A stretch of 64,000 bases of DNA from Armatimonadota bacterium (GCA_040289885.1 PSLZ01000006.1:37211-101210); one strand, 5' to 3'; shown: positions 17,801 through 26,977, numbered from the stretch's first letter. Notes: generated by a model from the sequence alone, not told the origin. A program made the numbers and translations.

Positions 17801-19351
17801 GTTTGTTCGGGGTTGTATCCAGTCCTGTCCCGAGCTGCCGGAGTTCATCACGTCGCCTGTAGCCGCCCACAGCACGTACAGCCTTCCGTTGTTACCGCCC
17901 GTGCCCGCTTGCAGAGCCGGCACCACGAGCAGTCCTTCCGCCGAAGCGGGAACTGGGACGGTGTCGGTGTCAAACGTGACGGCGTTGGGCAGGGTGCGCT
18001 CCCAGACGAGGTTCGAGCCGTCCGAGAGCCCTGCGATGGGCGAGTTGATGCCGCCGGTGCGAGGAAAGGCGCGATATGCCTGAACCGTGCCGTTTTTCAG
18101 CGTCACCACAACCAGCGCACGCTGGAGCGGGTCGTTGCTGGTGGTAGGGATTTCCACGATCTGCGGGGTGGAAACCGGCTCCGACCCCAGCGGAGCCTCC
18201 CAGATTTCATCGTAGGGCGTGCCTCTTTGCCACAGGTCGGGCAAGCCATCGTCTTCGTTGCCGTCGCCGTCGATATCGCGGCGCGGGTTGGCGTCAAAGC
18301 AGTAGAGGCGCAGTCCACCCAGCGGCGAGGAACCGACCACGAACAGCGCACCGTTGTAAAACACCGGGGCGGAGGCGAACGTGCCCACCGCCTGCAGTCC
18401 GGTCAATCCCCATTTCTCCACCAGAGGCGCGCCGATGTCCTCGAAAGTGCCGGAGCCACGGCGTGCGTTCTTGCGTTGGGCGGTGAACGCCGACGCCCAC
18501 TGCACCACATTGTAGCCAAACTTCAGGTTCGGGGGCGCCGCCGCGGCGAAGTTATCGCTGGCTACAGGCACACCCGGCGGTGCAACCGCTTGACTGAGCG
18601 CGTAGGCGATACCGATGGAGGAGACCACCACCGCGCTGCTCCCGTATTGTCCCGCCACGAGCACCGGTCGGCGATTATCCTGTCGCACCGCGATGGGAGC
18701 CAAGATACCCGGCGCAGGGGGAGCGTTGAGATCCGCGCCAACAGCACTCAGCGAGCCGCGAACGCCCGCTCCCATCTGGTTCAGCTCGCCCACGCGAATC
18801 GGGTAAGGAGCGTTCACCAATGGGTGGGTGGGATAGACCAGCAGACCGTTCGTCAAGCCTTCATTATTGAACTGCAGGTCTAGGAAGAGCGGGGCGCGTG
18901 GGTCGAGGGTATAAGCTGTCTGGTTATCGATCCAGAGCAGACCGCCGGCGTCCACAAACTTGCGCAGTTTTTCGCGCTGTTCGGGGGTAAAGGCAATGGC
19001 ACTGCCCTGTGTGGCGACGACTGCGGCATCGAACTGGCGCAGGTCTTCCATCGAGACCGTGTCTAAGTTGACCACCCAGTAGGGCGCCGTGTTCTTGCGG
19101 CTACCCGGTGCTGCCAGCGGGTTCACAAAATCCCAGCCGGCGGGCTTATAGTCCGTTCGCCGGTCCAGCACATACCACACGAAGGGCGTCAGCACTGGGT
19201 TATTGCCGATTTGTAGCACGCAGACGCGGATCTGCTTGCGCACGGCGGTGTAAGTATAGGCATCGCCCTGGGCGGTGCGCACCAGCCCCAACCAGATGGC
19301 GAAGACGCCAAGCCATATCAGCACAAACGGTCGGTTTCGCATAGCCATCAC
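14813..19351 (-). CDS. Giant secreted protein (1512 aa) with a beta-propeller and a DxDxDG calcium-binding-like loop. Candidate PilY1-like protein.
   Basis: Signal peptide MMAMRNRPFVLIWLGVFAIWLGLVRTAQG. Propeller-like repeats (GALFVVGSSPLGGLRLYCFDA..., GRLYVLWAATGDVMNSG). An acidic loop DIDGDGNEDDGLPD resembles the Ca-binding loop described in PilY1. It sits 99 nt upstream of the 2277-aa gene and 72 nt downstream of the GspK-like gene. Confidence 0.7.
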   Translation of the reverse strand: MMAMRNRPFVLIWLGVFAIWLGLVRTAQGDAYTYTAVRKQIRVCVLQIGNNPVLTPFVWYVLDRRTDYKPAGWDFVNPLAAPGSRKNTAPYWVVNLDTVSMEDLRQFDAAVVATQGSAIAFTPEQREKLRKFVDAGGLLWIDNQTAYTLDPRAPLFLDLQFNNEGLTNGLLVYPTHPLVNAPYPIRVGELNQMGAGVRGSLSAVGADLNAPPAPGILAPIAVRQDNRRPVLVAGQYGSSAVVVSSIGIAYALSQAVAPPGVPVASDNFAAAAPPNLKFGYNVVQWASAFTAQRKNARRGSGTFEDIGAPLVEKWGLTGLQAVGTFASAPVFYNGALFVVGSSPLGGLRLYCFDANPRRDIDGDGNEDDGLPDLWQRGTPYDEIWEAPLGSEPVSTPQIVEIPTTSNDPLQRALVVVTLKNGTVQAYRAFPRTGGINSPIAGLSDGSNLVWERTLPNAVTFDTDTVPVPASAEGLLVVPALQAGTGGNNGRLYVLWAATGDVMNSGSSGQDWIQPRTNLPPIRGGVTLGYVQDRGQTGEGSIASDLMAYVSTAPSSTTGTLTSAVYAFWLGTKGEVLSNPNNDKRTFVTRAQGRQLHIFLADPSSPYTALNPVVWVYNRQTDGSLALVDRYNLPDSRVTVNAGTIQFTNPPATSPVVIMNYFIDWGKSPGTPVRTSVGIADIVPNPSKTIIEQPALDAADNVIYTTDNGSIYAILEQPGNRTVMRWRWQLHGGYPDFKPAPPSLQLKHTLFGTPLRNPSEYIGINPGGFTAPPAVFGDTTYAVAEARANFGPPVGEIPGTVLMAFSNNPRVELRLRDENGNPVGIPNNATLQIRQVDVIRSAGGTSQYTYVQPAQYSVNRPAGVITINNMMPGSGGGGAIFAFSLSQPTLVVVTAGSEPPRQYFIQPSQYSNLKWFMFLPAVRVKASPVVAGNVVYLSAQVDAPGVQVSTVIAVSADPTATDPSIQQGDDVPLITQDSDKPNHVLWPALGKPADYGYDPNNPATWGPALMNLLTTTLNELRRSQVGTQGIAAVAVSNGLLAAVGDTGIKVFERQMTLIADSHRLLEMDPGGKVAWSMDASRLWGTASGGSAPVISVTPTSVARPARVYRTSANEMLVVDTGNNRIVWVDRSGNVTAELRRFENPPRLDLADPTKPPAPLTPGDPHELREPQDVSVYTEYVPKQSSGGNRLNPFEDAQDLEFWVHYLIADTGNGRLIDVIDRYVADPTTGAVGPLIAARQLFWTSASGAERRKYRYTGIQRIVSGYSGGAPVFTLVATVANYRVRPDGTGEEGVGGTVMVRTIGAGLDITEAFSEVLLPNEPIGSNRRVPIGSPNSVQVYPVRYDSATGTVVYNIVLATDKGVFDLERLAPNQWRIKWRLTDEVYRSLTHLRDRITGPQPVDTYISRAIPLWAVSAVRLPNGHYLITNAYRGLLPDSGRFSGEVFEIDPRNYNPGATQVVNEIDGPHTYLTDGMSPEDIVWWTPRRVKSWANVNEVISSDSYRIDAPFYADRPF

Positions 19352-19423
19352 CCTTCTCTCGGCTCAAATCTGCTCGGGATCGATTCCCCGTTCACGCAAG
19401 CGGTGCTAAGGCGGAAAGCCATC

Positions 19424-22120
19424 TCACCTCATCTCCCCCATGTAGAGCAGTCCCGGGCAGACCGGCAGGCGCGGCATCGGGGGCAGTCGCCGCCCGTATT
19501 GATCGACGCGCACCATCCCTGCCGCGGTGAACACCGGGTCGTACTCCATCACCAGGTTATAGCCCATGGGCAGGTTGCGCGTCGGGTCGCGCGGGTCGCG
19601 CAGGTGGAAGGGCGGGATCGGGATACCGGAGTTGCCGAACTGGGGCGGTATCCAGCCCCACTTCTTCAGCCACTCGCCCTGGTCCTGGATTGCCCATGGC
19701 AGGTTTTCGGCTATCGCGCCTCGGATGGTGATGCGGATGTCCAGCGGTTGTCCGTAGAACGGATACATCGGTGTCAGCACGTTGTACATCTGCCGGCGCA
19801 GGTTCTGGTCTACCGAGGACGGGCTGGTGCCGACGGGGAAGGTGTCGCGCGGGTCGGTGTTGAACCACTCGCCGGGCAGAACCACGAACGAGCCCTCCTG
19901 CGCGTACATCAGCGCTTCGATGGCGATGTCCAAGGGCACCACCGCCACCCGGCTCAGATGGTACTCGTTGGCGGGAGCATTGCCCCATCCGCTGTTGACC
20001 TCGAAGGTCAATCGGTTTTCCGCCCCCGGTTGCACGTTCAGCGTGTAATCACTGCGCGGGTTGGTGGGGTGCGTGGGCGGGTTGGTGTTGAAGGGCGCCA
20101 TATTGCGCAGGAGTTCCAGCCCCAGGTGCTCGTAGTTCACGCCCGAAGCGTTGACCAGATAGATGGTCGGCAGTCCCAGCGCATCCGCCAGACCGCCTGG
20201 GAAGCGGTACAGGTCCTCGTCCAGAACGCCGTTGCCGTTGGTATCGTTCACCGGGTAGTTGACATGCAGGAAGATGCTGGTCTGTTCGTTTTCGATAGCC
20301 GCGTGGCGCACCAGCAGTTTCAAGCCGTGCGGCCAGGTGTTGCTGTAGTAGTTGTACAGCGCGATGGCGGACGAGAAGACAAAGGATTGCCGCTGGGTGG
20401 GCAGTAGCGCACGATGCCACGATGGGAACTTCAGAGGCGCGTCCTGCTCGTTCCAGCTGCCTGCCTCCGTGCCCAGTTCGGGGTCGATAAACAGGGTGGT
20501 GTTGAGCACCACGTTCTTTTTCGCCAGCAAGGCAATGGCGCTGGTGTTATCGGGCTGACCGTTCGGCAGGCGTGGCTTCATCAGGTTGCCCTCGATGAAG
20601 ATGTCGCCTCCGGAGACCACTGTCAGCTGTTTGCCCAAGGGGATTATGCCGCGTATGCGCACGTTACCCTCGGCGTAGATGACCCCCGAGAACGGCGTCA
20701 CGAAGGGCAAGCCCACCGCCGGTTTGTTCAGCGACGGGTCCAGCAGGTCTTGCGACAACCGCCCATCCGGCAGATAGGTGCACACCATGGTGACCGCATT
20801 GGTTGGCGCACCGTTGGGAGCACGCCATCGCCCGCGCGTGAGCTGGATGGTAAAGCCAGTGGGGTTCAGGCGGATGATCGCCCCTGGTGGCACGTAGTAG
20901 GGTCCCTGCCAGTTGCGCGAGTCTATCAGTCGCAGGAACTCACTGCGCACGGTGGGACCGCCGAACAGTCCCGGTTCACGCAGGAGGTCGGCGCGGTTGT
21001 TGATGTAGATACCTCTGCCGAAGCCGAACAGCCCGCTATTGCGCCCGCCAACCAGCGCGCCCGAGTTGCGCGTCATGCTCCAGTAGCGGTTGACGTTGGT
21101 GGCAGGGTCGGGCAGGTCGATAACCGGCGGTTCGAGGCGTGTGATAGAGCGTCCGCCGCCGTCCACGCCGACGCCCGTGCGTCCGTCGCGCACGATCCCG
21201 CCATAGGTGTTGAAGGTGACGCTGTTGCTGGGCAGGAGGGGATTATTGTTCACGGTTACCTGCGCTCTGGGCGCGAGCAAGATATCTCCCGCTACCTCCA
21301 GCCGGTCACCGTTTTGCGGGTTCAAGGTAAGCTCCACCCCGCCGTGCCATCGCACGTTGCCGTTGATTCGGATAGGGGCACCGCTGGTGTTACTGCCCCA
21401 TATCAACCGGACGGGCAGGGGGTTGCCGTTGACGTCATGTCCGACGATACCCTCCGGCACGCCCAGTTCCACCACCGCGTTGGCGCGATTGTCCAGATTG
21501 GTCACGAAGCGCAGGTAATCGGTGATTCCCATGGCTTTGTAGGCGACCATCTCGCGCTTCAGCCCGGTGGCGGCGCTGGTGAGCATCGTTGGGTCGTTAG
21601 GGTCAATTCTGCCCACACGCCCGATGGATTCGATCTTTATGAACCGCGAGAGGGGACCCGATTCGGGGTCGTTCGGGTTATAGGGGCGCGGGTTGTAGCT
21701 GACTCGGATCAGCGCACGCCCGTTTTCGAACAGCACCCGGCTGTAGCCCCCACTGGGTCCCGCGGTGGGTGTGCCGCACGGGTTGAGTGTGGTGGACTCG
21801 GTGGGGGCGTACGGGCGGAGCCACGGATAATCCGGGTCGCGGCACTGGTCGGGAGGCAGGTTCGCTGGCACCGGGCGCCAGTCTGCGCCTTCCTCGCTGT
21901 AGGTCAGCTGTTGGTCGGCGTACTGGATGCCTGCTTCCGCGAAGTATTGTGCGTCGGTCACCCTGCCACTGCGTGCGGCGTTTTCCAGGTTGCGCCCGAT
22001 AATCGCCACGAACAGCGCACCCATGAACATCATCACGAACATGACCACCACCGCCACAATCAGCGTTTGACCACGCTGTGTGTGAGTGGAACAGGGTTGT
22101 AACCGTACTGGGCTGTTCAT
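19424..22120 (-). CDS. GspK/PilX-like minor pseudopilin, unusually large (898 aa).
   Basis: N-terminus ...QRGQTLIVAVVVMFVMMFMGALFVAIIGRNLENAARSGRVTDAQYFAEAGIQYAD. It resembles the GspK N-terminal segment (QRG + hydrophobic helix, no Glu+5) followed by A..AEAG. It lies 22 nt downstream of the previous pseudopilin gene. Confidence 0.55.
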   Translation of the reverse strand: MNSPVRLQPCSTHTQRGQTLIVAVVVMFVMMFMGALFVAIIGRNLENAARSGRVTDAQYFAEAGIQYADQQLTYSEEGADWRPVPANLPPDQCRDPDYPWLRPYAPTESTTLNPCGTPTAGPSGGYSRVLFENGRALIRVSYNPRPYNPNDPESGPLSRFIKIESIGRVGRIDPNDPTMLTSAATGLKREMVAYKAMGITDYLRFVTNLDNRANAVVELGVPEGIVGHDVNGNPLPVRLIWGSNTSGAPIRINGNVRWHGGVELTLNPQNGDRLEVAGDILLAPRAQVTVNNNPLLPSNSVTFNTYGGIVRDGRTGVGVDGGGRSITRLEPPVIDLPDPATNVNRYWSMTRNSGALVGGRNSGLFGFGRGIYINNRADLLREPGLFGGPTVRSEFLRLIDSRNWQGPYYVPPGAIIRLNPTGFTIQLTRGRWRAPNGAPTNAVTMVCTYLPDGRLSQDLLDPSLNKPAVGLPFVTPFSGVIYAEGNVRIRGIIPLGKQLTVVSGGDIFIEGNLMKPRLPNGQPDNTSAIALLAKKNVVLNTTLFIDPELGTEAGSWNEQDAPLKFPSWHRALLPTQRQSFVFSSAIALYNYYSNTWPHGLKLLVRHAAIENEQTSIFLHVNYPVNDTNGNGVLDEDLYRFPGGLADALGLPTIYLVNASGVNYEHLGLELLRNMAPFNTNPPTHPTNPRSDYTLNVQPGAENRLTFEVNSGWGNAPANEYHLSRVAVVPLDIAIEALMYAQEGSFVVLPGEWFNTDPRDTFPVGTSPSSVDQNLRRQMYNVLTPMYPFYGQPLDIRITIRGAIAENLPWAIQDQGEWLKKWGWIPPQFGNSGIPIPPFHLRDPRDPTRNLPMGYNLVMEYDPVFTAAGMVRVDQYGRRLPPMPRLPVCPGLLYMGEMR

Positions 22121-22142
22121 TTTGCGTACTCCCCTCCCGCTC

Positions 22143-24002
22143 TCATCGTAACAGGTTGCGCACCCGCACCTGTGTGGTTAGCGACATCAACAGCGGGTCG
22201 CCCGTTGTTGGGTCATACAGCTTGATGCTGATCGCCAGCGTGTATTGCGAGCGCGTCATGTAATCGACCTTCACCACATCGCTTTCGGTGTTCGCCTGCA
22301 CCGCGTAGGTGACGCGCAGAAGGTCGTAGGGTGTGCCATCACCGCGTGTGCCCGACGGTATCTGCCACAGTGCCCAGAACTCCACATAGCCCGTCTGCAG
22401 GGTCGGGTGTCCACTGCTGGGGCCCCGATAGTTGATGCGGTACTGGTTGGCCCCCGGCGTGACGTTCCATGGCACTCGGGTATACGGCACCAGGCGTGGC
22501 TCGGTGCCGGGCGGGGCGGTCTGGTCTGGTCCCCAGATTCGCTCCGAGCCGGGCACGATGGAAACCGACGCCAGCAGTTTCAAGGGGCTTTGCCGGTTGT
22601 TGGACGCGGTGTTATTGATGTCGGGTTCCGACAGGAGCAGGTATCGCCGTCCGCTCTCGTCCACCTGGGTGTTGCGGGCGAGATATTCGAACACCGGTCG
22701 TTCGCCGGGTCGGAACACCGCCACCGCTGGGATGGCGAAGTTAATTGTGCCCGAGCGCGGGTCGATGGTAAACGGCAGGTACGGATAGGGCGCGTCCAGA
22801 GAGCCGGGGTTGCGCTCCCACGAGCCATCCCCCTGCATCCACGGGTCGGGCAGGTTCGAGCAGACTCCTGGGTCCCACGTGCCCTCTTCGTAGCATCCTG
22901 CCGACTGCATCCGCTGATAGGCGGTTATATTGAACCGATAGGCATCGGCCGCGCCGCGTGCAACCACCAGTTCACCACCGAGATTGCCCGTCATATACAC
23001 GGAGGCGAACCCATTGCGGTAGACGGTGACCACGAACGGATAGCTCCATCCGCCCTTCTTGGTGGTATAGGCGGTGGGGACGGCATTGGGCACCTCGTTA
23101 ACTGCGTCGCCCAGTGTGGTGGGCACCGCCGGGTCGTCCGTGACCAGCCCGGGCAGGAACTGGATGAGCGGGGTGACCTGTACGATCTGCCCCTGTTGGT
23201 TATACTGCACGTTCACTAGGTCGATATCTTCCACTTCGGTGACTGGGCGGCTGACCTCCAGCCAGTTCTGCATGTAGGACTTGCCGTTTGGGGCGGGGCT
23301 GGTGTCGTAGAAGAAGCCCGGCTCGTCGATGATCGGCTGTCCGTTCGCATCCAGTTTGAACAATCGGGTGTTGGGCACAAACGCTCCGTTGCCATTGCGC
23401 TCGTACAACACGAACTGGGCGCGCCACAGGATATATGGGTTATCCACCGCCGCGGCGAGCAGTTGCTCGTTGCGGTTGCTGTAGGGCTTGCTGGGGTCGC
23501 GCCGGGCGATGAAGTAGCGCACGATCGTTCGCCCTGCCAGCACCGGCAGAGAAGGCGGTTTGCCCGTTCTGTAGTCTGGCGGCACGTAGTCACTGCCGTC
23601 GGTTGGGTCGGTAACGCCGGTGGCGTTCGGCGTGACACGCTCTGGTGGCACGAAGTCGATCTTGGTATAGGGCAGGTAGAAGGTGACCGGGCTTCCCTGT
23701 CGGTCCACTAAATCGAAGCGCAGGGTAGCGTCGTTCACGGGAGTGCTGGTGGTCAGGGGGTTCAGCACCCGCGAGTTGTCGAACACATAGGCGGCGTCGG
23801 CGATTTCGCGCGCGATGGTTTCCATCAGGTCGCGAGCGGTATCCTGCGCCTGCGCCACCCGCTGGACGCGCCGCGTGAAGTTAAAGCTCTGCAGCATGGG
23901 GCCCAGCAGTAGCCCCAGCATGATGGCGGTAATCGCCATCACCACCAGCAGTTCCACCAGTGTAAACCCTGCCCGGAACCTCATGTTGCCCGTGTCTTTC
24001 AT
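22143..24002 (-). CDS. Prepilin-type N-terminal cleavage/methylation domain protein (pseudopilin-like, 619 aa).
   Basis: ATG at 24000-24002 with RBS aggag: MKDTGNMRFRAG|FTLVELLVVMAITAIMLGLLLGP. This is a class III signal with Gly-1, Phe+1 and Glu+5. The ORF-track start at 24011 is a GTG three codons upstream. The rest is a large Thr/Pro/Asn-rich secreted domain. Confidence 0.75.
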   Translation of the reverse strand: MKDTGNMRFRAGFTLVELLVVMAITAIMLGLLLGPMLQSFNFTRRVQRVAQAQDTARDLMETIAREIADAAYVFDNSRVLNPLTTSTPVNDATLRFDLVDRQGSPVTFYLPYTKIDFVPPERVTPNATGVTDPTDGSDYVPPDYRTGKPPSLPVLAGRTIVRYFIARRDPSKPYSNRNEQLLAAAVDNPYILWRAQFVLYERNGNGAFVPNTRLFKLDANGQPIIDEPGFFYDTSPAPNGKSYMQNWLEVSRPVTEVEDIDLVNVQYNQQGQIVQVTPLIQFLPGLVTDDPAVPTTLGDAVNEVPNAVPTAYTTKKGGWSYPFVVTVYRNGFASVYMTGNLGGELVVARGAADAYRFNITAYQRMQSAGCYEEGTWDPGVCSNLPDPWMQGDGSWERNPGSLDAPYPYLPFTIDPRSGTINFAIPAVAVFRPGERPVFEYLARNTQVDESGRRYLLLSEPDINNTASNNRQSPLKLLASVSIVPGSERIWGPDQTAPPGTEPRLVPYTRVPWNVTPGANQYRINYRGPSSGHPTLQTGYVEFWALWQIPSGTRGDGTPYDLLRVTYAVQANTESDVVKVDYMTRSQYTLAISIKLYDPTTGDPLLMSLTTQVRVRNLLR

Positions 24003-24045
24003 CGGTGCCACTCCTATTTCACCCCTGATATGCTTTCCATTTCTG

Positions 24046-25881
24046 TTATTCCGCTTCGCGCGTCAGAATAGTTTCCACCTCATAGCGTTGCCAGCGATTG
24101 TTCTCCTTCCAGACCACACGAGCCTTAAACGAAGCCCCTTTCACCCCGCGCACCACATAGCCATAACTGTTGTAGGCAGACAGGTCCAGCGAAACCGCTG
24201 TAGGTTTCACGTCGCGAATATCCACATAGCACAGCGGTCGTCCCCCCACGTTCTCGGTACGAGTACTGATGCGCGCTAGCACCCCTCGCATGACGTCCTT
24301 GCCTAGCACGCTGTCGTTATAGAACACCTCGCCGAGGATGACCTGCTTGCCCGCATCGCACACGGGGAAGTAGATGCGCGAGGGAGAGCCGCCGTCCGCG
24401 CCGCCGCCGACGTAAAACTCGCGGTAGCTGAGCAGGTTGCCGTATCGCTCCCGGTACAGCTCGTAGGGCTTCAGCACCTGCACACCCCAGTCGCCGTCCG
24501 CTTGGTAGTAGAAGCGCAGAGTATGCCCCGCCAGCGTGGGGTCCACCACGTTCACGATACCATTACGGTAGTCCACCTGATACGAGCCGGTATCGTCTTG
24601 CCCCACGATGGGGTCGATGATTTGTCCGGTTTGCAGGTCCACCGCCACGAAGTCCGGTTGCTGGCGCACTGGGTCGCCCTGGGGCAGAGCGTTCCAGTTC
24701 ACCCCGCGAATAAGCCCTTCGTAGGTAGTCTGGTCATCCAGTTTATCGCCGCGCTTGCGCAGGAAGCGCAGGTTGAGTTTGACCTCGGTGGGCACGGTAG
24801 GCACTAATCGGTCTTCGCGGATGATGTGCCAGTCCAGCACAGTGTAATCGATATGCGCGGTCAACGGCACCACACCGCGAGCGGTGCGCTCGGTATAGTC
24901 GCGTCCCGCCGGGTTGAACAGGAGCACCCCCACATTGGCGTAGGGACCGATGTTGCCGTAAAGGATTTTGAACTCATAGGGGTCTTGCGACCACGCCTGC
25001 CCCAGCGGGATCAGGCGGAACTCACGGCTGACCAGCTCACTGCCCGGTCGCATCCGCCATCCCGATTCCAGGATGGGCTTGCCATCTGGTCCCGTGTAAC
25101 TACGCAGTTCGATCCGGACTGGCTCTCCCGTCAGCCCCACGACGTTGGGGATGGTCTTGGATACCGATTTGAGCTTCCACCCATCGTTGCCGTCGTAGTA
25201 GTCGTAAGAGATGGTGAAGTCGCGCGCATAGGGCGTCGGGTAGAACCAGAGGACCACGTCATCGAACGCGCCATCGTCGCTGGCATCGTAGTCGATGGCG
25301 TATTGATGTGGACCGCGCAGGGGTGGCGGGGCATCTTCTTGAGCGTTCCACAGCATTCGCACCATCGGTGAGCCGTAGACGTTGAGGTTGTTCAGCCGCC
25401 ACACCTGCGAGACCGGGTCGTAAAGCGGCTGGTCGACAAAGGGACCTGCGCTCAACACGTATACCGAGCCTTGTCCGACCATGGTGGGCACGGGGATAGG
25501 GATACGCACTTTCTCACCAACCACCCGGCGCCAGCGGTTAATGTCTGAGTAGTAATAGGCATCGATTCCCGGAGGCAGTGCGGGCGGCGCCAGGTTATCG
25601 GGGTGTGCGCCAACGTCGATCGCTTCGCCGGTGGTGCCGCCGTCGGAATAGGGCGCCAGCGCGAGGATGCCCGACGGCAGTGCGGTGGCGTTATTCTTCC
25701 ACCGTTCGATCTCCTGCTGAGCCAATCGGCTAGCGAACGAGCGGTTCTCCGCGGCGCGGGTGACAAAGAACCCGCCCGGGAACAGCTTCAGAATCACCAG
25801 AATACCGATGGTCAGCACGGCGATCGCCGCCAGCACCTCGATTAGCGAAAACGCGTAGATGTTTTGTTTTCTACCCATCAT
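24046..25881 (-). CDS. Prepilin-type N-terminal domain protein (pseudopilin-like, 611 aa) with Ala at -1.
   Basis: MMGRKQNIYA|FSLIEVLAAIAVLTIGILVIL has Phe+1 and Glu+5, but Ala rather than Gly before the cleavage site. It lies 34 nt downstream of the pilin-like gene. Confidence 0.7.
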   Translation of the reverse strand: MMGRKQNIYAFSLIEVLAAIAVLTIGILVILKLFPGGFFVTRAAENRSFASRLAQQEIERWKNNATALPSGILALAPYSDGGTTGEAIDVGAHPDNLAPPALPPGIDAYYYSDINRWRRVVGEKVRIPIPVPTMVGQGSVYVLSAGPFVDQPLYDPVSQVWRLNNLNVYGSPMVRMLWNAQEDAPPPLRGPHQYAIDYDASDDGAFDDVVLWFYPTPYARDFTISYDYYDGNDGWKLKSVSKTIPNVVGLTGEPVRIELRSYTGPDGKPILESGWRMRPGSELVSREFRLIPLGQAWSQDPYEFKILYGNIGPYANVGVLLFNPAGRDYTERTARGVVPLTAHIDYTVLDWHIIREDRLVPTVPTEVKLNLRFLRKRGDKLDDQTTYEGLIRGVNWNALPQGDPVRQQPDFVAVDLQTGQIIDPIVGQDDTGSYQVDYRNGIVNVVDPTLAGHTLRFYYQADGDWGVQVLKPYELYRERYGNLLSYREFYVGGGADGGSPSRIYFPVCDAGKQVILGEVFYNDSVLGKDVMRGVLARISTRTENVGGRPLCYVDIRDVKPTAVSLDLSAYNSYGYVVRGVKGASFKARVVWKENNRWQRYEVETILTREAE

Positions 25882-25914
25882 GCCTCCACCGCCTTTCGCC
25901 AGGTGGGTTGGTTG

Positions 25915-26700
25915 TTAGTCCAGGCACCAGAACTTGTTCTGTCCCGCGTTGCTAAAGTTGGGGTCATTGCCCGTCATTTTCTGCTTGATGATGCGCGAGT
26001 CCACCGGTCTAGCCGTTCCGCTGAGTAGAAGCACAATGTCTTTACTGCCCGTGGTGGGTTGACCCGCGCTATCGCAACTGCGGTGGTCGGAGACCCAGGT
26101 CACGATCGTGTTCTCCGGCGGCAGGTTATACTGCAGTTGGCACATATCGTCTAGCGGTCCAGCGGTATTGTTGGTGGGCACGTACGGACGGTACAGGCTG
26201 TAGTGTTGCTCGTACACTCCGCTTCCGGGACAGGTTGTGCCGATGTCCATACTATCGAACAGGTAGTATGGGCGCGTGACCAGGATGCCGTTGATCTCGT
26301 TGACGCGCTGGTTGGGGTTGTTCGGATCAGGCAGTAGCACTTCCACATTCTTCCAGCTCACTTTGTCGTTTATTGGGTTGTTGGGGCTGCGGAAGATATT
26401 GATGTCGCGGATGTACGCCTGATACAGGAAGCTACCTCTGATCCTGTCCGCTGGCACAGGAGCGTTGTTACTGAACTCCACGTAGCCCAACAGCACCTCG
26501 GGATACACGCGGTTGTCCTGTTTGTACATCTTCAGTGCCACCTGTATCTGGTGCAGGTTGGACATTGTGGTGGTGCGGCGTGCCTGTTCGCGCACGGTTG
26601 CCGCTACCGGAAAGATGATGGCGGCGAGCACGGCGATAATGGCTATCACCGTGAGCATCTCCACCATCGTAAACGCGCTGGTGTAAATCCGGTCTCGCAT
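25915..26700 (-). CDS. Pilin-like protein (261 aa) with a prepilin-type N-terminus. Candidate major subunit or first gene of the pilin operon.
   Basis: MRDRIYTSA|FTMVEMLTVIAIIAVLAAIIFPVAATVREQARRTTTMSNLHQIQVALKMYKQD. The N-terminal approximately 60 aa resemble the DUF1559-type prepilin N-terminus of the genes at 35870 and 39892, but no H-X9-DG C-terminus is present. RBS ggaacgagg. Confidence 0.7.
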   Translation of the reverse strand: MRDRIYTSAFTMVEMLTVIAIIAVLAAIIFPVAATVREQARRTTTMSNLHQIQVALKMYKQDNRVYPEVLLGYVEFSNNAPVPADRIRGSFLYQAYIRDINIFRSPNNPINDKVSWKNVEVLLPDPNNPNQRVNEINGILVTRPYYLFDSMDIGTTCPGSGVYEQHYSLYRPYVPTNNTAGPLDDMCQLQYNLPPENTIVTWVSDHRSCDSAGQPTTGSKDIVLLLSGTARPVDSRIIKQKMTGNDPNFSNAGQNKFWCLD

Positions 26701-26719
26701 AGTCGGTCACCTCGTTCCT

Positions 26720-26966
26720 TTCCTGTCGGTTTTGACGACTCCTTTAAGAGCTTTGTTCCCCCTGCTTAAACAGGCTGTCGGTCGGGATCTGCAGTTCTGG
26801 TAATACTTCCGAGCGCACAGTGTCGCCTCTGCCGTAAAGCCCTATCCGTTCCTAGTGCAGGGCTCATGACCGGTTCCCCGTCGATGACTGCACAGGGTTG
26901 GTTGGTCTCCGGCAGGCGGAGCCATTCTTTATATGTCAGCCGTTTTACTGGAGAAGGTAGCGCCAT
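26720..26966 (-). pseudogene. Uma2-family (DUF820) endonuclease remnant. The N-terminal and C-terminal fragments are in different frames.
   Basis: MALPSPVKRLTYKEWLRLPETNQPCAVIDGEPVMSPAL matches the Uma2 N-terminal signature (TyeEyl.LPe....ElIdGel.vMSPa). A +1 frame downstream reads ...GDTVRSEVLPELQIPTDSLFKQ, the typical Uma2 C-terminus. The whole is only about 80 codons, against about 190 aa for intact members. This indicates an internal deletion with a frameshift. Confidence 0.5.
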
Positions 26967-26977
26967 CGGTACGCCTC

